Shown one piece after another: positions 20,501 to 34,610 of a stretch of DNA of 64,000 nucleotides. A program made the translations under genes and the position numbers. Source of the stretch: Macrostomum hystrix (taxonomy: Eukaryota > Animalia > Platyhelminthes); contig CATNEN010000003.1 in NCBI GenBank assembly GCA_950097015.1, positions 11,718,001 to 11,782,000 on the forward strand, written 5' to 3'. Under the pieces are notes generated by a model that saw only the letters and a program-made list of their open reading frames with translations, did no database searches and was not told the DNA's origin. Every line of letters starts with the position of its first letter. Position 1 is the stretch's first letter.

Positions 20501-22537
20501 ACCTGCACCAAACCCCTGAAACTTAAAGCAACTCCCAACTCAATAGTAATATTTAGTGTGAAGGACATACCACATCTTAATCTGATGCATGTTAGTTGCT
20601 TTAATAACCAGTAGTCAGTAGTATGTGAGCCAATGGTATATTTAGTGTGTTGGACATACCACATGTTAGATGCATACTGTACTCATTTGCAACTGTTAAA
20701 AGGTTTACTTTTCCAACTGTGTGTCAACTGTCAACCTATAGTTTTCAACAGCTAGTAACTGTTTCATAACCAATTTTGTATTTGTTCGTGACTTCACTTT
20801 TTTTCATTGGAAATGTTTGTATTCTGGGGAAATGGCTCTGCTGGCTAGAGCCCCATATTCACCCATGAAAAGCTGTTTCTGTGGGTGCATGAACCCCAAA
20901 AGGGTCATTAAAAACATTTATCTAAAATGTCACTTTTTTGCATAGACTTGTCAAGTTAAGCACCTAAATTAGCCGCTTCACCTAGGCTGTTTCTATAGTA
21001 AATAATAATAATAATAATTAATTATACCTGCCCCAATTGGGTCAGATGTGCAGCCAACAGCCCAGCCGTAGCTATTGCGCGGCGCATCTACATACAGTAC
21101 TATATTATAGTAAAGAACTAGTTCATAAGTGTAAAAATTGACATAAGACACAAAATTGCATATCCCCTATGCCAAATACTGTCCAGATAATAGGACTATT
21201 ATGAAATGTTTTATCTCACAAATTCTAACTTTTGAAAATAAAACTGGCCTACTACATATTGTGAGATTTTGAAGTTATTAGGAGTTAATAATAAGAAGTG
21301 TACCAAATGTATTAGTGTTGTCTTACTGTGTATGTTTCATTAACTTCTGTACTTAAAATCCAAATTCAAATATCAATCTAGTAATGTACTAGAGCAATGG
21401 GGGCATCCATTTTTCCAATATATCTCCTCAACAATAGATCCAATCTAGGTTTTTTCTTTGTTAAATCTCAATTGTGTCTAGGTGAATTTCATCCTTTAAG
21501 TTTTGAGCTTGTTTGGTTAAGCATAAGTATTTATATGAGGGCATTGTTAAAATACAGAGGGAAGATAGGCAAGCATGAGTTATTTTAGTAACAATTTAGC
21601 CACACTTTTTATATAATCTGTTTATCTTAATTTAGTGTGTTTGGGACTTATATTTTAAATTGCTATAAAATATCAACTGTTTATATACATAAGCTATATC
21701 CATTTCGCAACTCAAGGTAACAACATTTCCCTTGTCTTTATGTCTTTATTTCTTTATGTATTTAAGTCTTTAAGGTTGTCTTTTTGTTAGTGTATAATAT
21801 TTAGCCATGAACTTATACCAATGTTTAATTTATTTTTATCATTATTATTGGAATGTTTAGTCATTTACATTTAATTTAATCTAGGATTTACCAACTTTAC
21901 ATAATTTTCTTCAGTATTTTTTATTAAGGGTAGAATTAGCATACCAAATGCAATACCTTATTAGCTTATTCCATTTTTAATTGTCTAAGTATCCATACCT
22001 TGTAGCATGCCTTCTGATGCTACACTTAACACCAAAATAGCTTACTTTGTTGTCTTTTGATATTGTTTTGTGCTCAGACCAGGACCAATACTATGACTTT
22101 AGAATAATATAAATAAGATTCGTGGGAGAATTCTTCTGTTCTACCTTGATTGCTTAGAAGAAAACTCAACACTATAGACACATTTTTATATCTAGGGCTA
22201 CAAGTTAACTGACAATAATGTTACTTAGATATTTTAATGGTCATTGGTTTGCTTAATATATTATTACTATAAATGTTTACTATGACTTAGATCATCTGCC
22301 TGTTACTGTAAACACACGTGGCTATAGTTTTGCTTCCTGAATTTCAAGTAAATATTTTATTATCTCTCTTTATTATATCTAGTTTTTTCTTTTGAGTTCG
22401 TCCTCATTGCTAATAAATAAATCTCAGCCTTCTCATCATCTCATCTTATGTAGTCACTTGTGTAAACACTTTGTGGTCTGTAATAGAGAATCATTAACAA
22501 AATAATTTCAGTTGCCGATAATATTACTTCGCAAGGA

Positions 22538-22948
22538 ATGCAACGTCTGGGCAATAAGAAAAAGCGTCGAATCTTAATGCTAGACCAGCTGCCATCTGTC
22601 ATCCAAGCTCGCATATTCTCTTATTTGGATCAGCAGACATTATTAGAATGCATGCTAGTTTGTAAGGCCTGGCGCCAACAGCTACTAAGCGATCCGCAGT
22701 GTTGGCACTCTTTGAGAATATGCACCAGCGATTTAACAGATGCCCTAGTTAACCAATTAACTAACGCTGTCTGTCCCGGATTGGTCAGTTTAGAAATCTA
22801 TTCAGCCGATTGGCCAGAATCTAGTCAACAGCCGGGTCTAGACAAGTCGGCTAAGAAGGCTATGATTGGACGATTGTTCAAATCGGCCGAATTGTTGCAC
22901 TCGTTTAGTCTTCGATTGGTCTGCTGTCGGCATGGCCTAAGTGTACAG
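22538..22948 (+). CDS. F-box/LRR (FBXL-type) protein, exon 1 (F-box)
   Basis: LDQLPSVIQARIFSYLDQQTLLECMLVCKAWRQQLLSDPQCW is an F-box. Donor cag|gtaagt. Confidence 0.9.
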
Positions 22949-22984
22949 GTAAGTACGAGAACACAGTTGCTTAGCGGCAGATAT

Positions 22985-23197
22985 TTTGTCAAGTGTACCG
23001 CTGTTTAGTCCATGGACTGGGGAACGCCCTAAATTCCCGAAGCTAATGCTGGCTCCTATTTGCTAGCTGGGTGAACTGTAGCAATGCAAATTTCAGTGCC
23101 TTGCCAAAGGACACAAAATTTTCACGTGGATTCGGGAATCGAACCCCTAACCTTTGAGTAGTGAGTTCGACGCTCTAACTAATAAGCTAGAACGGCC
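22985..23197 (-). mobile_element. tRNA-derived SINE with CORE-like centre (FBXL intron 1)
   Basis: Minus strand: A-box-like TAGCTTATTAG, B-box GGTTCGATTCC, then gtgtcctttggcaaggcact...ttcacccagct and tail ccccagtccatggact. Confidence 0.75.
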
Positions 23198-23233
23198 TCA
23201 TTGTATTATTTGATTGTGAATCGACTTGTAATC

Positions 23234-23510
23234 ATTATAATAATAGTATTAATAATAATAGCAGGAGGGCGGAATATAATGGCACTAGAACTGCAACCAG
23301 CGAGAAGGCAGGCACACACACAGATGTGTAGATCTGTTCTGACTTTCTCACTGTCAGGCAGTGTACAATCTAATTGCGCCTCGGACATTGGCCCTCAAGG
23401 GCGTAAATTGCACGACAAGCCGCCCAAGACTTCTCTCCGTATGAATTTGGCCTCGCCGCGGAATCGAGCTCAGGAACCTTGGTGCGAGACGCAGACGCGT
23501 TAACCGCTTA
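23234..23510 (-). mobile_element. Diverged copy of the 36.3-kb SINE family with (ATT)n tail
   Basis: Colinear similarity to 36268-36633 (ctgactttctca..gtcaggcagtgtaca; ggcctcgccgcggaatcga; acgcgttaaccgct). Confidence 0.8.
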
Positions 23511-23591
23511 CTTGGGTTACGAATGAAAAAGAAAAAAGATAATGATTTCTCTAACTCCCAGTTTGAATCCTATGTTTTTCTACGCGCGCAG

Positions 23592-23885
23592 ACTAGCCGC
23601 AGCAAAAAAAACGGTGGCGTTGGAAACACGGCAGACTGGCTATCGCCGGACACAATTCTAGGCCAATTGGCTCGCAAAGGTCGGGCAAGCGGTCTTCGAT
23701 CGTTGATTTTGCGCTCCGAACGGCTCACTGATTCCGGCGTTAAAAAGCTAACTAGCGGTGTTGGCTCCCCGAACTTGCAGAGGCTGCATCTTGTGGCTTG
23801 TCATAAATTGTCGGACACCGCATTGTCCGGTCTGATTGCTACTGCGCCTCTGCTGCGAAGCCTACAGATTGTCGACTGTCCATTG
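23592..23885 (+). CDS. F-box/LRR protein, exon 2
   Basis: Cys-containing LRRs (LQRLHLVACHKLSD, LRSLQIVDCPL); gcag|act ... ttg|gtgagt, phase 0/0. Confidence 0.85.
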
Positions 23886-23914
23886 GTGAGTTAGGGATTC
23901 ACATTCTCTAAGTC

Positions 23915-25347
23915 CCCAATCCTCTCAGATCCTCAGATTTCATTCCCAATCTCTCAGATACTCAGATTTCATTCCCAATCTCTCAGATACTCAGATTCCA
24001 TTCCCAATCTCTCAGATACTCAGATTCCATTCCAAATCTCTCAGATACTCAGATTCCATTCCCAATCTCTCAGATACTCAGATTCTATTCCCAATCTCTC
24101 AGATACTCAGATTCTATTCCCAATCTCTCAGATACTCAGATTTTATTCCCAATCTCTCAGATACTCAGATTTTATTCCCAATCTCTCAGATACTCAGATT
24201 TTATTCCCAATCTCTCAGATACTCAGATTTCATTCCCAATCTCTCAGATACTCAGATTTCATTCCCAATCTCTCAGATACTCAGATTTTATTCCCAATCT
24301 CTCAGATACTCAGATTTCATTCCCAATCTCTCAGATCCTCAGATTCCATTCCCAATCTCTCAGATCCTCAGGTTTTTTCTCCCAACCTCTCAGATCCTCA
24401 GATTTCGTTCCCAATCTCTCAGATCCTCAGATTTCATTCCCAATCTCTGAGATCCTCAGATTTTATTCCCAATCTCTCAGATTTTTTTCTCCCAACCTCT
24501 CAGATCCTCAGGTTTTTTTCTTCTAACCTCCCAAATCCTCAGGTTATTTCTCCCAACCTCCCAGATCCTCAGGTTATTTCTCCCAACCTCCCAGATCCTC
24601 AGGTTTTTTTCTCCCAACCTCTCAGATCCTCAGGTTATTTCTCCCAACCTCCCAGATCCTCAGGTTTTTTCTCCCAACCTCCCAGATCCTCAGGTTTTTT
24701 CTCCCAACCTCTCAGATCCTCAGGTTTTTTCTCCCAACCTCTCAGATCCTCAGGTTTTTTTCTTCTAACCTCCCAAATCCTCAGGTTATTTCTCCCAACC
24801 TCCCAGATCCTCAGGTTATTTCTCCCAACCTCCCAGATCCTCAGGTTTTTTTCTCCCAACCTCCCAGATCCTCAGGTTTTTTCTCCCAACCTCTCAGATC
24901 CTCAGGTTTTTTCTCCCAACCTCCCAGATCCTCAGGTTTTTTCTCCTAGCCTCCCAGATCCTCAGGTTTTTTCTCCCAACCTCCCAGATCCTCAGGTATT
25001 TTCTCCTAACCACCCAGATGCTCAGGTTTTTTCTCCTAACCTCCCCGATCCTCAGGTTTTTTCTCCCAACCTCCCAGATCCTCAGGTTTTTTCTCCCAAC
25101 CTCTCAGATCCTCAGGTTTTTTTCTCCCAACCCCTCAGATCCTCAGGTTTTTTCTCCCAACCTCCCAGATCCTCAGGTTTTTTCTCCTAGCCTCCCAGAT
25201 CCTCAGGTTTTTTCTCCCAACCTCCCAGATCCTCAGGTATTTTCTCCTAACCTCCCAGATGCTCAGGTTTTTTCTCCTAACCTCCCCGATCCTCAGGTTT
25301 TTTCTCCCAACCTCCCAGATCCTCAGGTTTTTTCTCCCAACCTCCCA
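23915..25347. repeat. Intronic minisatellite, 29-mer grading into a related 30-mer
   Basis: ctcagatactcagattccattcccaatct, then ctcccaacctcccagatcctcaggtttttt. Confidence 0.95.
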
Positions 25348-25478
25348 CGTCGTCGCATTTCTTTTTCCGATCCTTTAGATGTTACTATTCTTTAATCTAC
25401 AAAGAATAGTTTTTTTTTTGTCTTTTTGCGATTCTTTTTGCCTAAATAGAGATTTCTCTCCGTTTTCAATTCTACCAG

Positions 25479-25803
25479 TTATCCGAACGAGGCCTTCAAC
25501 GCTTAGCAAGCGGCGGAAACAACAATGGCAACAACACAAATGATTCAGCTAGCGTTGCGTATCTCCGAGAATTAACACTAGCTGGCCAGCATCGTCTAGT
25601 TGATCAGGCTAAAGCGGCTAAAGTCATCGCTGATATTGGACGCTCTCTGGAGCGTTTGTCTCTAGATAGCAGCTCGCCTCATTGCACTCTGTCCTGCGAT
25701 CAATCTATGCTAGGCGGATTTCAGTGCTTGACCCAGCTGAGACTGACAGCTCTGTGCTTTATTGGCGATCCCGGATTGGCTGTGCTAGCCAAGTGCTGCC
25801 CCG
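25479..25803 (+). CDS. F-box/LRR protein, exon 3 (not in ORF track)
   Basis: Hand translation LSERGLQRLA...LRELTLAG...LTQLRLTALCFIGDPGLAVLAKCCP; ccag|tta ... g|gtgagt, phase 0/1. Confidence 0.85.
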
Positions 25804-26248
25804 GTGAGTCTTTGTTTTAATATGTTTTTTGTAATCAACTCTTTGTTCTATCTAATGCATTTTACTAAACTTTTGTTGTCTTGGTTTTAATTAAGTCAAG
25901 AACGCTTTGGAACTAGGATTTATCTTTGTTCTAAGTATTTGTTTATTTAACATGTTCAAACTAGTCTTTGTTAATTGATGTATTATATTCAAACATTTGT
26001 TCTCTAATATGTCCCAACTAAATCATTGTTGTCTAATATGTTCCAATTAAGTCTTTGTTCTCTAATTATGTTTCTATTAAGTCTTTGTTATAATGTATTC
26101 CGATCAAGTTATTTAGAATCGGAATTTGTTTTGGAATACATTGCTCTAGAATATATCAAGTCTTGGTTCTCTATTGTGTTCTTATCTAGTCTAAGTTCTA
26201 AAGAATATTTATATAGAGCACTCTTGCCTGAATTGTCAATCAATCCAG

Positions 26249-26877
26249 GTCTTCGCATCCTGGAGCTACTGTGCGGGCCAACCAATCATTGCATCACTGA
26301 TCTGGGCGCCGCTGTGCTAGCCTCCGTGGCAGCCAGTCAACGAGCCTCGGCGACAACATCCACCGCCTGTGCGCCCTCGGGTCTTCAAGAATTAACCCTA
26401 CCTTGCAATTTATTGACACCTAAAGGCTACTGCAGTATTGGCAGTTTAGGCCCTAGACTAATTAAGCTCTGCTTGCGCTATTGCTCAGCCGGGGCTGATA
26501 GAGGCATGTCTAGCATGCCGCTGAGTCTGACTGGGTTGCGTCATCTGGAGGCCACCGCTTCGGCTAGATGCGGCGGAGAAGAGACCGCACTATTCGCTGG
26601 CTTAGAGATTGGCAGACTGGTGGAGGCGTGCGCCAGCAATCTGAGAATACTGAGGGTCGTAGCTAATTGCGATCAGCACGGCGGCGGTGGTGGCAGCGGC
26701 GGCGTCTCAGTCGGTCTCGGGCCGGCCGGATTAGCCAAAGCTGCGGCTAGGATTGGATTAGCGGAACTGCGCGAATTAACACTCTGCCCGTGCGATTCGC
26801 TAACGGAGGCTTGCGTCAGTCAACTGCTAAGAGCGTGTCCACAGTTGAGACACATCAGTTTGGGACCGGATATTAAG
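26249..26877 (+). CDS. F-box/LRR protein, exon 4
   Basis: GLRILEL...ITDLG...LRELTLCPCDSLTE..CPQLRHISL; ccag|gt ... aag|gtaact, phase 1/0. Confidence 0.85.
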
Positions 26878-26994
26878 GTAACTTTTTTCATTCCTTTTTG
26901 GGAATAGTTTTTATGACTTTTTTAGGTTGTTATAACGTATTTTTATGTTGAAATCCCATTCGTTATGTATTTAGCGATCCTCATCCCGATTTAT

Positions 26995-28085
26995 TTAAAA
27001 ATCCCATCTCAGTCGGTTTAGAAATCCCAACTCAGTCGGTTTAGAAATCCCATCTCTGTCGGTTCAGAAATCCCAACTCAGTCGGTTTAGAAATCCCAAC
27101 TCAGTCGGTTTAGAAATCCCATCTCTGTCGGTTCAGAAATCCCAACTCAGTCGGTTTAGAAATCCCAACTCAGTAGGTTTAGAAATCCCATCTCTGTTGG
27201 TTTAGAAATCCCAACTCTGTCGGTTTAGAAATCCCAACTCAGTAGGTTTAGAAATCCAAACTCAGTAGGTTTAGAAATCCCATCTCTGTCGGTTTAGAAA
27301 TCCCAACTCAGTAGGTTTAGAAATCCCATCTCTGTTGGTTTAAAAATCCCATCTCTGTTGGTTTAGAAATCCCAACTCAGTAGGTTTAGAAATCCCATCT
27401 CTGTTGGTTTAGAAATCCAATCTCAGTCAGTTTAGAAATCCCATCTTTACCTGTTTAGAAATCCCATCTCAGTAGGTTTAGAAATCCCATCTCTGTTGGT
27501 TTAGAAATCCCAACTCAGTAGGTTTAGAAATCCCAACTCAGTAGGTTTAGAAATCCCAACTCAGTAGGTTTAGAAATCCCATCTCAGTCGGTTTAGAAAT
27601 CCCACCTTAAGTGTTTATAAATCGCAATTCAGTCGGTTTAGAAATCCCACTTTTGTCTTTTTAGAAATCCGTCTCAGTCGGTTTAGAAATCCCATCTCAG
27701 TCAGTTTAGAAATCCCACCTCAGTCAGTTTAGAAATCCCACCTTTGTCTTTTTAGAAATCCGTCTCAGTCGGTTGAGAAATCCCATCTCAGTCGGTTTAG
27801 AAATCCCATCTCAGTTGTTTTAAAAATCCCATCTCAGTCGGTTTAGAAATCCCATCTCAGTTGTTTTAGAAATCCAATCTCAGTCGGTTTAGAAATCCCA
27901 TCTTTATCTGTTTAGAAATCCCATCTCAGTTGTTTTTGAAATCCAATCTCAGTCGGTTTAGAAATCCCATCTCAGTCAGTTTAGAAATCCCACCTTTGTC
28001 TTTTTAGAAATCCATCTCAGTCGGTTGAGAAATCCCATTTCAGTTGGTTTAAAAATCCCATCTTAATATGTTTAGAAATCCCATT
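26995..28085. repeat. Intronic 23-bp minisatellite
   Basis: agtcggtttagaaatcccaactc units. Confidence 0.95.
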
Positions 28086-28239
28086 GTGATCTGTTTGAAA
28101 ATCTTAGAAGATAACGATATACTTGTAAATTATATTATTATCTTATTTTATCTTATCTTATCTTATCGCCAGACGTTTAGATAAAGCCACTATTTTAGTT
28201 TTTTTCTGACAATTTCCGCTTCATGCTACTGTTATCCAG

Positions 28240-28749
28240 GTGAGCCAAATCTCCATTCGTCTTATGATTCGCGACACCAATCTGGCTATTGTTCGGCCAC
28301 TAATTGGTTGGTACCTGAGATCTGATATTATCTGCTATCGCGACCTGCTTCATCTGGAATTGACTCAAGCTATCAGACCGGAGAGATTCTGTTTCATTAC
28401 TGACAACCTGTTGACTTTCATTGGCCAGCGGTGTACTAGCCTGCGCCTGCTTCGTTTAGAGCCGTGCACTTTAGTAACAGATCAGGGCATTCGCATGCTC
28501 AGTCCTTGCCGAAGACTGCAGAGATTGCACCTGTCTGGATGCGATCAGCTCACCGAGGAGGCGTTGAAAGCCATCGAAGAGTTACCCGGCAGTGTCAATT
28601 TGAAAGTTCTGGTACTAGAAGGCTGCTCCAGGATTGGTAATACTAGAAAAGCTGTTGAAAGACTGCATAAGTCTTTAATTAGATTAGAACAGTGCCTGCT
28701 GCGTCAGGACACTAGCACTGGCGATTGTGCTCAGTGTAGTCTGTTGTAA
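28240..28749 (+). CDS. F-box/LRR protein, exon 5 (terminal)
   Basis: CTSLRLLRLEPCTLVTDQGI...LQRLHLSGCDQLTEE...LKVLVLEGCSRI; stop TAA ends at 28749. Confidence 0.88.
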   Translation: MSQISIRLMIRDTNLAIVRPLIGWYLRSDIICYRDLLHLELTQAIRPERFCFITDNLLTFIGQRCTSLRLLRLEPCTLVTDQGIRMLSPCRRLQRLHLSGCDQLTEEALKAIEELPGSVNLKVLVLEGCSRIGNTRKAVERLHKSLIRLEQCLLRQDTSTGDCAQCSLL

Positions 28750-28849
28750 TTTTGATATAATGCCTGGATTTGATCTGTGTCTGACCTATTATACAATTAT
28801 CGTGCGAGCGTATTTGGATTTTCCTATGGATAGTGCCACAGAAATTCCT

Positions 28850-29730
28850 ATAGTATTGTCACGGTAATACCCAGGATATTGTCACAGGAATCCGCAGGGT
28901 ATTACCACGGGAATCCTCAAGATATTGCCACGGGAAACCCCAGGATACTGCCACGGGAGTCCCCAGGATACTGCCACAGGAATCCCCAGGATATTGCCGC
29001 GGGAATTCCAAGGATATTTCCACAGGAATCCGCAGGATATTTCCACAGGAATCCGCAGGATATTGCCACAGGAATCCGCAGGATATTGCCACGGGAATCC
29101 CCAGGGTATTGCCACGGGAATCCGCAGGATATTGCCACGGGAATCCGCAGGATATTGCCACGGGAATCCCCAGGGTATTGCCACAGGAATCCGCAGGATA
29201 TTGCCACGGGAATCCGCAGGATATTGCCACGGGAATCCCCAGGGTATTGCCACGGGAATCCGCAGGATATTGCCACGGGAATCCGGAGGATATTGCCACG
29301 GGAATCCGGAGGATATTGCCACGGGAATCCCCAGGGTATTGCCACAGGAATCCGCAGGATATTGCCACAGGAATCCCCAGGATACTGCCACGGGAATCCT
29401 CAAGATATTGCCACGGGAATCCTCAAGATATTGAGGATTACCTCAGGAATCCCCAAGATATTGCCACGGGAATCTCCAGGGTATTCCTATAATATTGCCA
29501 CGGGAATCCCAGAATATTGCCACGGGAATCCCTAGGATATTGCCACGGGAATCCCCAGGATATTGCCACGGGAATCCCCAGGATATTGCCACGGGAATCC
29601 CCAGGATATTGCCACGGGAATCCTCAAGATATTGCCACGGGAATCCCTAGGATATTGCCACGGGAATCTCCAGGATATTGCCACGGGAATCTCCAGGGTA
29701 TTGCCAAGGGAATCGCCACGAGAATCCCGG
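28850..29730. repeat. 23-bp minisatellite just downstream of the FBXL stop
   Basis: ggatattgccacgggaatcccca units. Confidence 0.95.
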
Positions 29731-30879
29731 AGATATAGTCGCAATATTCAGCAGGATAATGATAACAATGATTTCAAGTTTGTCAAGCTATTTCTGTGAT
29801 AAATACAAAAAAGTATTTTAATTATACAGTCACAAATGAGCTGATTGGGCTTGAAACTGCTCCGCTCTGTGATTCAGCCAAGCGCTTGGTTTTTTAAATA
29901 AATAATAGAAGGTATAACTTTTCCTAATTAAGTTTTATCTATAGTCAAGGCGTCAAATACTTTGCAGGTATTTTTTGCTTTCTACACGTGTTATTTTTGT
30001 TTTTTTACATTGCAACATCTCATTTATTCGTTTCCATATCTATATAAGCACGTTTTTTTCTTATTTACAACCTGTTCGATATCTAGTCAGTGTTTTTTTC
30101 ATGTTTAAGCTGTTACAATGGAGATCCTTAGATAAAAATTAATAAAAATTATTTGCTTTTTGCATTGCTCAGCATTTTTTCTCTGTTTAATTATTTACTA
30201 AATCGTTTTTTAAGTATCATTTATTGTGTTATTGTAAAGCGTTTTCCTCTCTCGCGAATGTACTTTTGCGCACGCACTTGTACTACTTGCGGATAATATT
30301 TAAGTAGACGTATATTAATATCTATTTAACTATTGCGAAATGCAAACTAACTACTCATATAACAGTAGTGCACTTGCATGCTGTAGATTTTTTTTGCTGT
30401 TTATGGTTGAAAAGTTTTCAAACACTACTTTTTAAACAATTTCTGTACTAAGAATTGTATTTGTGGCTTCTTACTCTCGATTCATAGTTTTTAAAGACCC
30501 TATTTTCTATTGTTGTTTTTCTCTCTGGCTTTTTTTAATTCCAGCACCATTGTACACGTTGGCTTGTTTGGAGCTCTTCTTTCGATTTCTTGATATCTTG
30601 TATATTTTGTTTTTTTTATTAAACTCTGTTTCTGTCCTATTGATTAAAAAAAGTTTTTTGTTACCACGAGACATTTAGTATTTCGGACTCCTGGTTGAGA
30701 GGTAATAGGTTCAAATCGGTTTAGTTAGGAAGATCATTTAATTTCGTTTTATCCAGTAATAAGTGTAACAGTTATAGCTGCGTTTAAAATTTGGGTTGTA
30801 GGACAGCCTCCCCCTAGTCTACGTGTCTTACTTAAAAACTGTTATTTCTTAAAAAGAAATTAATTTGTTAGAAAAAAAC

Positions 30880-31340
30880 TTGTTTCTTAGAAAGAGAAAT
30901 AATTCTTAGAGAGAAAATTATTTCCTAAAAAAAAATAATTTCTTAGAAAGAAAATGACTACTTAGAAAGAAAAAAATTATTAGAAAGAAAATGATTTCTT
31001 AGAAAGGAAATGACTTCTTAGAAAGAAAAAAAATTATTAGAAAGAAAATGATCTCTTAGAAAGGAAATGATTTCTTAGAAAGAAAATGATTTCTTAGAAA
31101 TAAAATGATTTCTTAGAAAGAATGTGATTTCTTAGAAAGAATGTGATTTCTTAGAAATAAAGTGATTTCTTAGAAATAAAATGTTTTCTTAGAAAGAAAG
31201 TGATTTGCAAATAAAGAAATTATTAGAAAAAAACTTTTCTTAAAAAAAAACTGATTTCTTAGAAAGAAACTGACTTCTAAAAATGAAACAGATTTTTTAA
31301 AAAGAAACTGATGTCTTTAAAGCCTATTTCTAAGAAAGAA
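30880..31340. repeat. AT-rich 19-bp minisatellite
   Basis: gatttcttagaaagaaaat units. Confidence 0.85.
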
Positions 31341-31884
31341 ACTGTAATTCTCAGAAAGCATCAAAATATCAAATACTTGATTTGCTTAAAAACTGCTTTT
31401 CATCGTAACAAACAATCAAAAAAAAGTAAAAGTTAATTGAAAGAATCTTTTGAATTTTTGCTATTTTCAAAGGCATTTTATTCACACAAGCCGTCTCTGT
31501 TGCTCTAGTATGTTAAAATTAAAGTTGACAAGTTTTTCCATGTTTGTAGTACTACAGTTCTCAAACTAGTTTACTACTTTTATAAGTATAGCTTGCCTCT
31601 CGTTATTAAAAAAATTTACGTTACACTTATTGATAGAAACTAATCTTTTGTATTATTTTCTTTATTATTATCATTGCAGTTTTAGTCGTAATGTATGCCA
31701 GAAAAAAATCAATGAACACATTTTTCCCTTCGCTAGCACAGTTTTTATCTCAAAATGCACTTGGTATAAGTGTACCTCGCAGTCGCAAAAAATTTTCAGT
31801 AAAAATTGCATGCACAAAAAGTTTTTTGGTCTTAAGTTTGTTTTTGTTTATACTTATTTAATTTAGAGGAAAGAAATTAAAGGA

Positions 31885-34610
31885 ATTGGTCAGATACCAC
31901 CAGAAGATTGGGATCAGACATTATAGGATTTTGATCAGACAATAGGATTTGGATCAGACAATAGGATTGGGATCAGACATTATAGGATCAGACAATAGGA
32001 TTGGGATCAGACATTATAGGATCAGACAATAGGATTGGGATAAGACATTATAGGATCAGACAATAGGATTGGGATAAGACATTATTGGATTGGGATCAGG
32101 CATCTATGATTGGGATCACACATCATAGGATTGGGATCAGACATTATAGGATTGGGATCAGACCGTAATAGTTTGGGATCACACGTCATAGGGTGGGATC
32201 AGTTCGTTCTCATTGGATGGGATCAGTTCTCATTGGATGGGATCAGTTCTCATAGGATGGGATCAGTTCTCATAGGATGGGATCAGTTCTCATAGGATGG
32301 GATCAGTTCTCATAGAATGGGATCAGTTCTCATAGGATAGGATCAGTTCTCATAGGATGGGATTAGTTCTCATAGGATGGGATTAGTTCTCATAGAATGG
32401 GATCAGTTCTCATAGGATGGGATTAGTTCTCATAGGATGGGATCAGTTCTCATAGAATGGGATCAGTTCTCATAGGATGGGATCAGTTCTCATAGGATGG
32501 GATCAGTTCTCATAGGATGGGATTAGTTCTCATAGGATGGGATTAGTTCTCATAGGATGGGATCAGTTCTCATAGGATGGGATTAGTTCTCATAGAATGG
32601 GATCAGTTCTCATAGAATGGGATCAGTTCTCATTGGATGGGATCAGTTCTCATAGGATGGGATCAGTTCTCATAGGATGGGATCAGTTCTCATAGGATGG
32701 GATCAGTTCTCATAGGATGGGATCAGTTCTCATAGGATGGGATCAGTTCTCATAGGATGGGATTAGTTCTCATAGGATGGGATCAGTTCTCATAGGATGG
32801 GATCAGTTCTCATAGGATGGGATCAGTTCTCATAGGATGGGATCAGTTCTCATAGGATGGGATCAGTTCTCATAGGATGGGATCAGTTCTCATAGGATTG
32901 GATTAGTTCTCATAGAATGGGATCAGTTCTCATAGGATGGGATTAGTTCTCATAGGATGGGATCAGTTCTCATAGGATGGGATTAGTTCTCATAGGATAG
33001 GATTAGTTCTCATAGGATGGGATTAGTTCTCATAGGATGGGATCAGTTCTCATAGGATGGGATCAGTTCTCATAGGATGGGATCAGTTCTCATAGGATGG
33101 GATTAGTTCTCATAGGATGGGATCAGTTCTCATAGGATGGGATCAGTTCTCATAGGATGGGATCAGTTCTCATAGGATGGGATCAGTTCTCATAGGATGG
33201 GATCAGTTCTCATAGGATGGGATTAGTTCTCATAGGATGGGATTAGTTCTCATAGGATGGGATTAGTTCTCAAAGAATGGGATCAGTTCTCATAGGATGG
33301 GATCAGTTCTCATAGAATGGGATCAGTTCTCATAGGATGGGATTAGTTCTCATAGGATGGGATCAGTTCTCATAGGATGGGATCAGTTCTCATAGGATGG
33401 GATCAGTTCCCATAGGATGGGATCAGTTCTCATAGGATGGGATCAGTTCTCATAGGATGGGATCAGTTCTCATAGGATGGGATCAGTTCTCATAGGATGG
33501 GATCAGTTCTCATAGGATGGGATTAGTTCTCATAGGATGGGATCAGTTCTCATAGGATGGGATCAGTTCTCATAGGATGGGATTAGTTCTCATAGAATGG
33601 GATCAGTTCTCATAGGATGGGATCAGTTCTCAGAGGATGGGATTAGTTCTCATAGGATGGGATCAGTTCTCATAGGATGGGATCAGTTCTCATAGGATGG
33701 GATCAGTTCTCATAGGATGGGATTAGTTCTCATAGGATGGGATTAGTTCTCAAAGAATGGGATCAGTTCTCATAGGATGGGATCAGTTCTCATAGAATGG
33801 GATCAGTTCTCATAGGATGGGATTAGTTCTCATAGGATGGGATCAGTTCTCATAGGATGGGATCAGTTCTCATAGGATGGGATCAGTTCTCATAGGATGG
33901 GATCAGTTCTCATAGGATGGGATCAGTTCTCATAGGATGGGATCAGTTCTCATAGGATGGGAATAGTTCTCATAGAATGGGATCAGTTCTCATAGGATGG
34001 GATCAGTTCTCAGAGGATGGGATTAGTTCTCATAGGATGGGATCAGTTCTCATAGGATGGGATCAGTTCTCATAGGATGGGATTAGTTCTCATAGAATGG
34101 GATCAGTTCTCATAGGATGGGATTAGTTCTCATAGGATGGGATCAGTTCTCATAGGATGGGATTAGTTCTCATAGGATGGGATCAGTTCTCATAGGATGG
34201 GATCAGTTCTCATAGAATGGGATCAGTTCTCATAGGATGGGATCAGTTCTCATAGGATGGGATTAGTTCTCATAGGATGGGATCAGTTCTCATAGGATGG
34301 GATCAGTTCTCATAGGATGGGATTAGTTCTCATAGAATGGGATCAGTTCTCATAGGATGGGATCAGTTCTCAGAGGATGGGATTAGTTCTCATAGGATGG
34401 GATCAGTTCTCATAGGATGGGATCAGTTCTCATAGGATGGGATCAGTTCTCATAGGATGGGATCAGTTCTCATAGGATGGGATTAGTTCTCATAGAATGG
34501 GATCAGTTCTCATAGGATGGGATCAGTTCTCAGAGGATGGGATTAGTTCTCATAGGATGGGATCAGTTCTCATAGGATGGGATCAGTTCTCATAGGATGG
34601 GATCAGTTCT
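31885..34610. repeat. 20-bp satellite (about 120 in-phase copies) preceded by a degenerate related ~21-mer
   Basis: gggatcagttctcataggat in perfect phase from about 32220 to 34610. Confidence 0.98.

Noticed and set aside
28859-29799. Repetitive ORFs on both strands (also 25018-25395, 37144-38536, 39916-40418, 48059-49153, 54408-54944, 55381-56121)
   Set aside because: Translations of minisatellites, often open in several frames at once.
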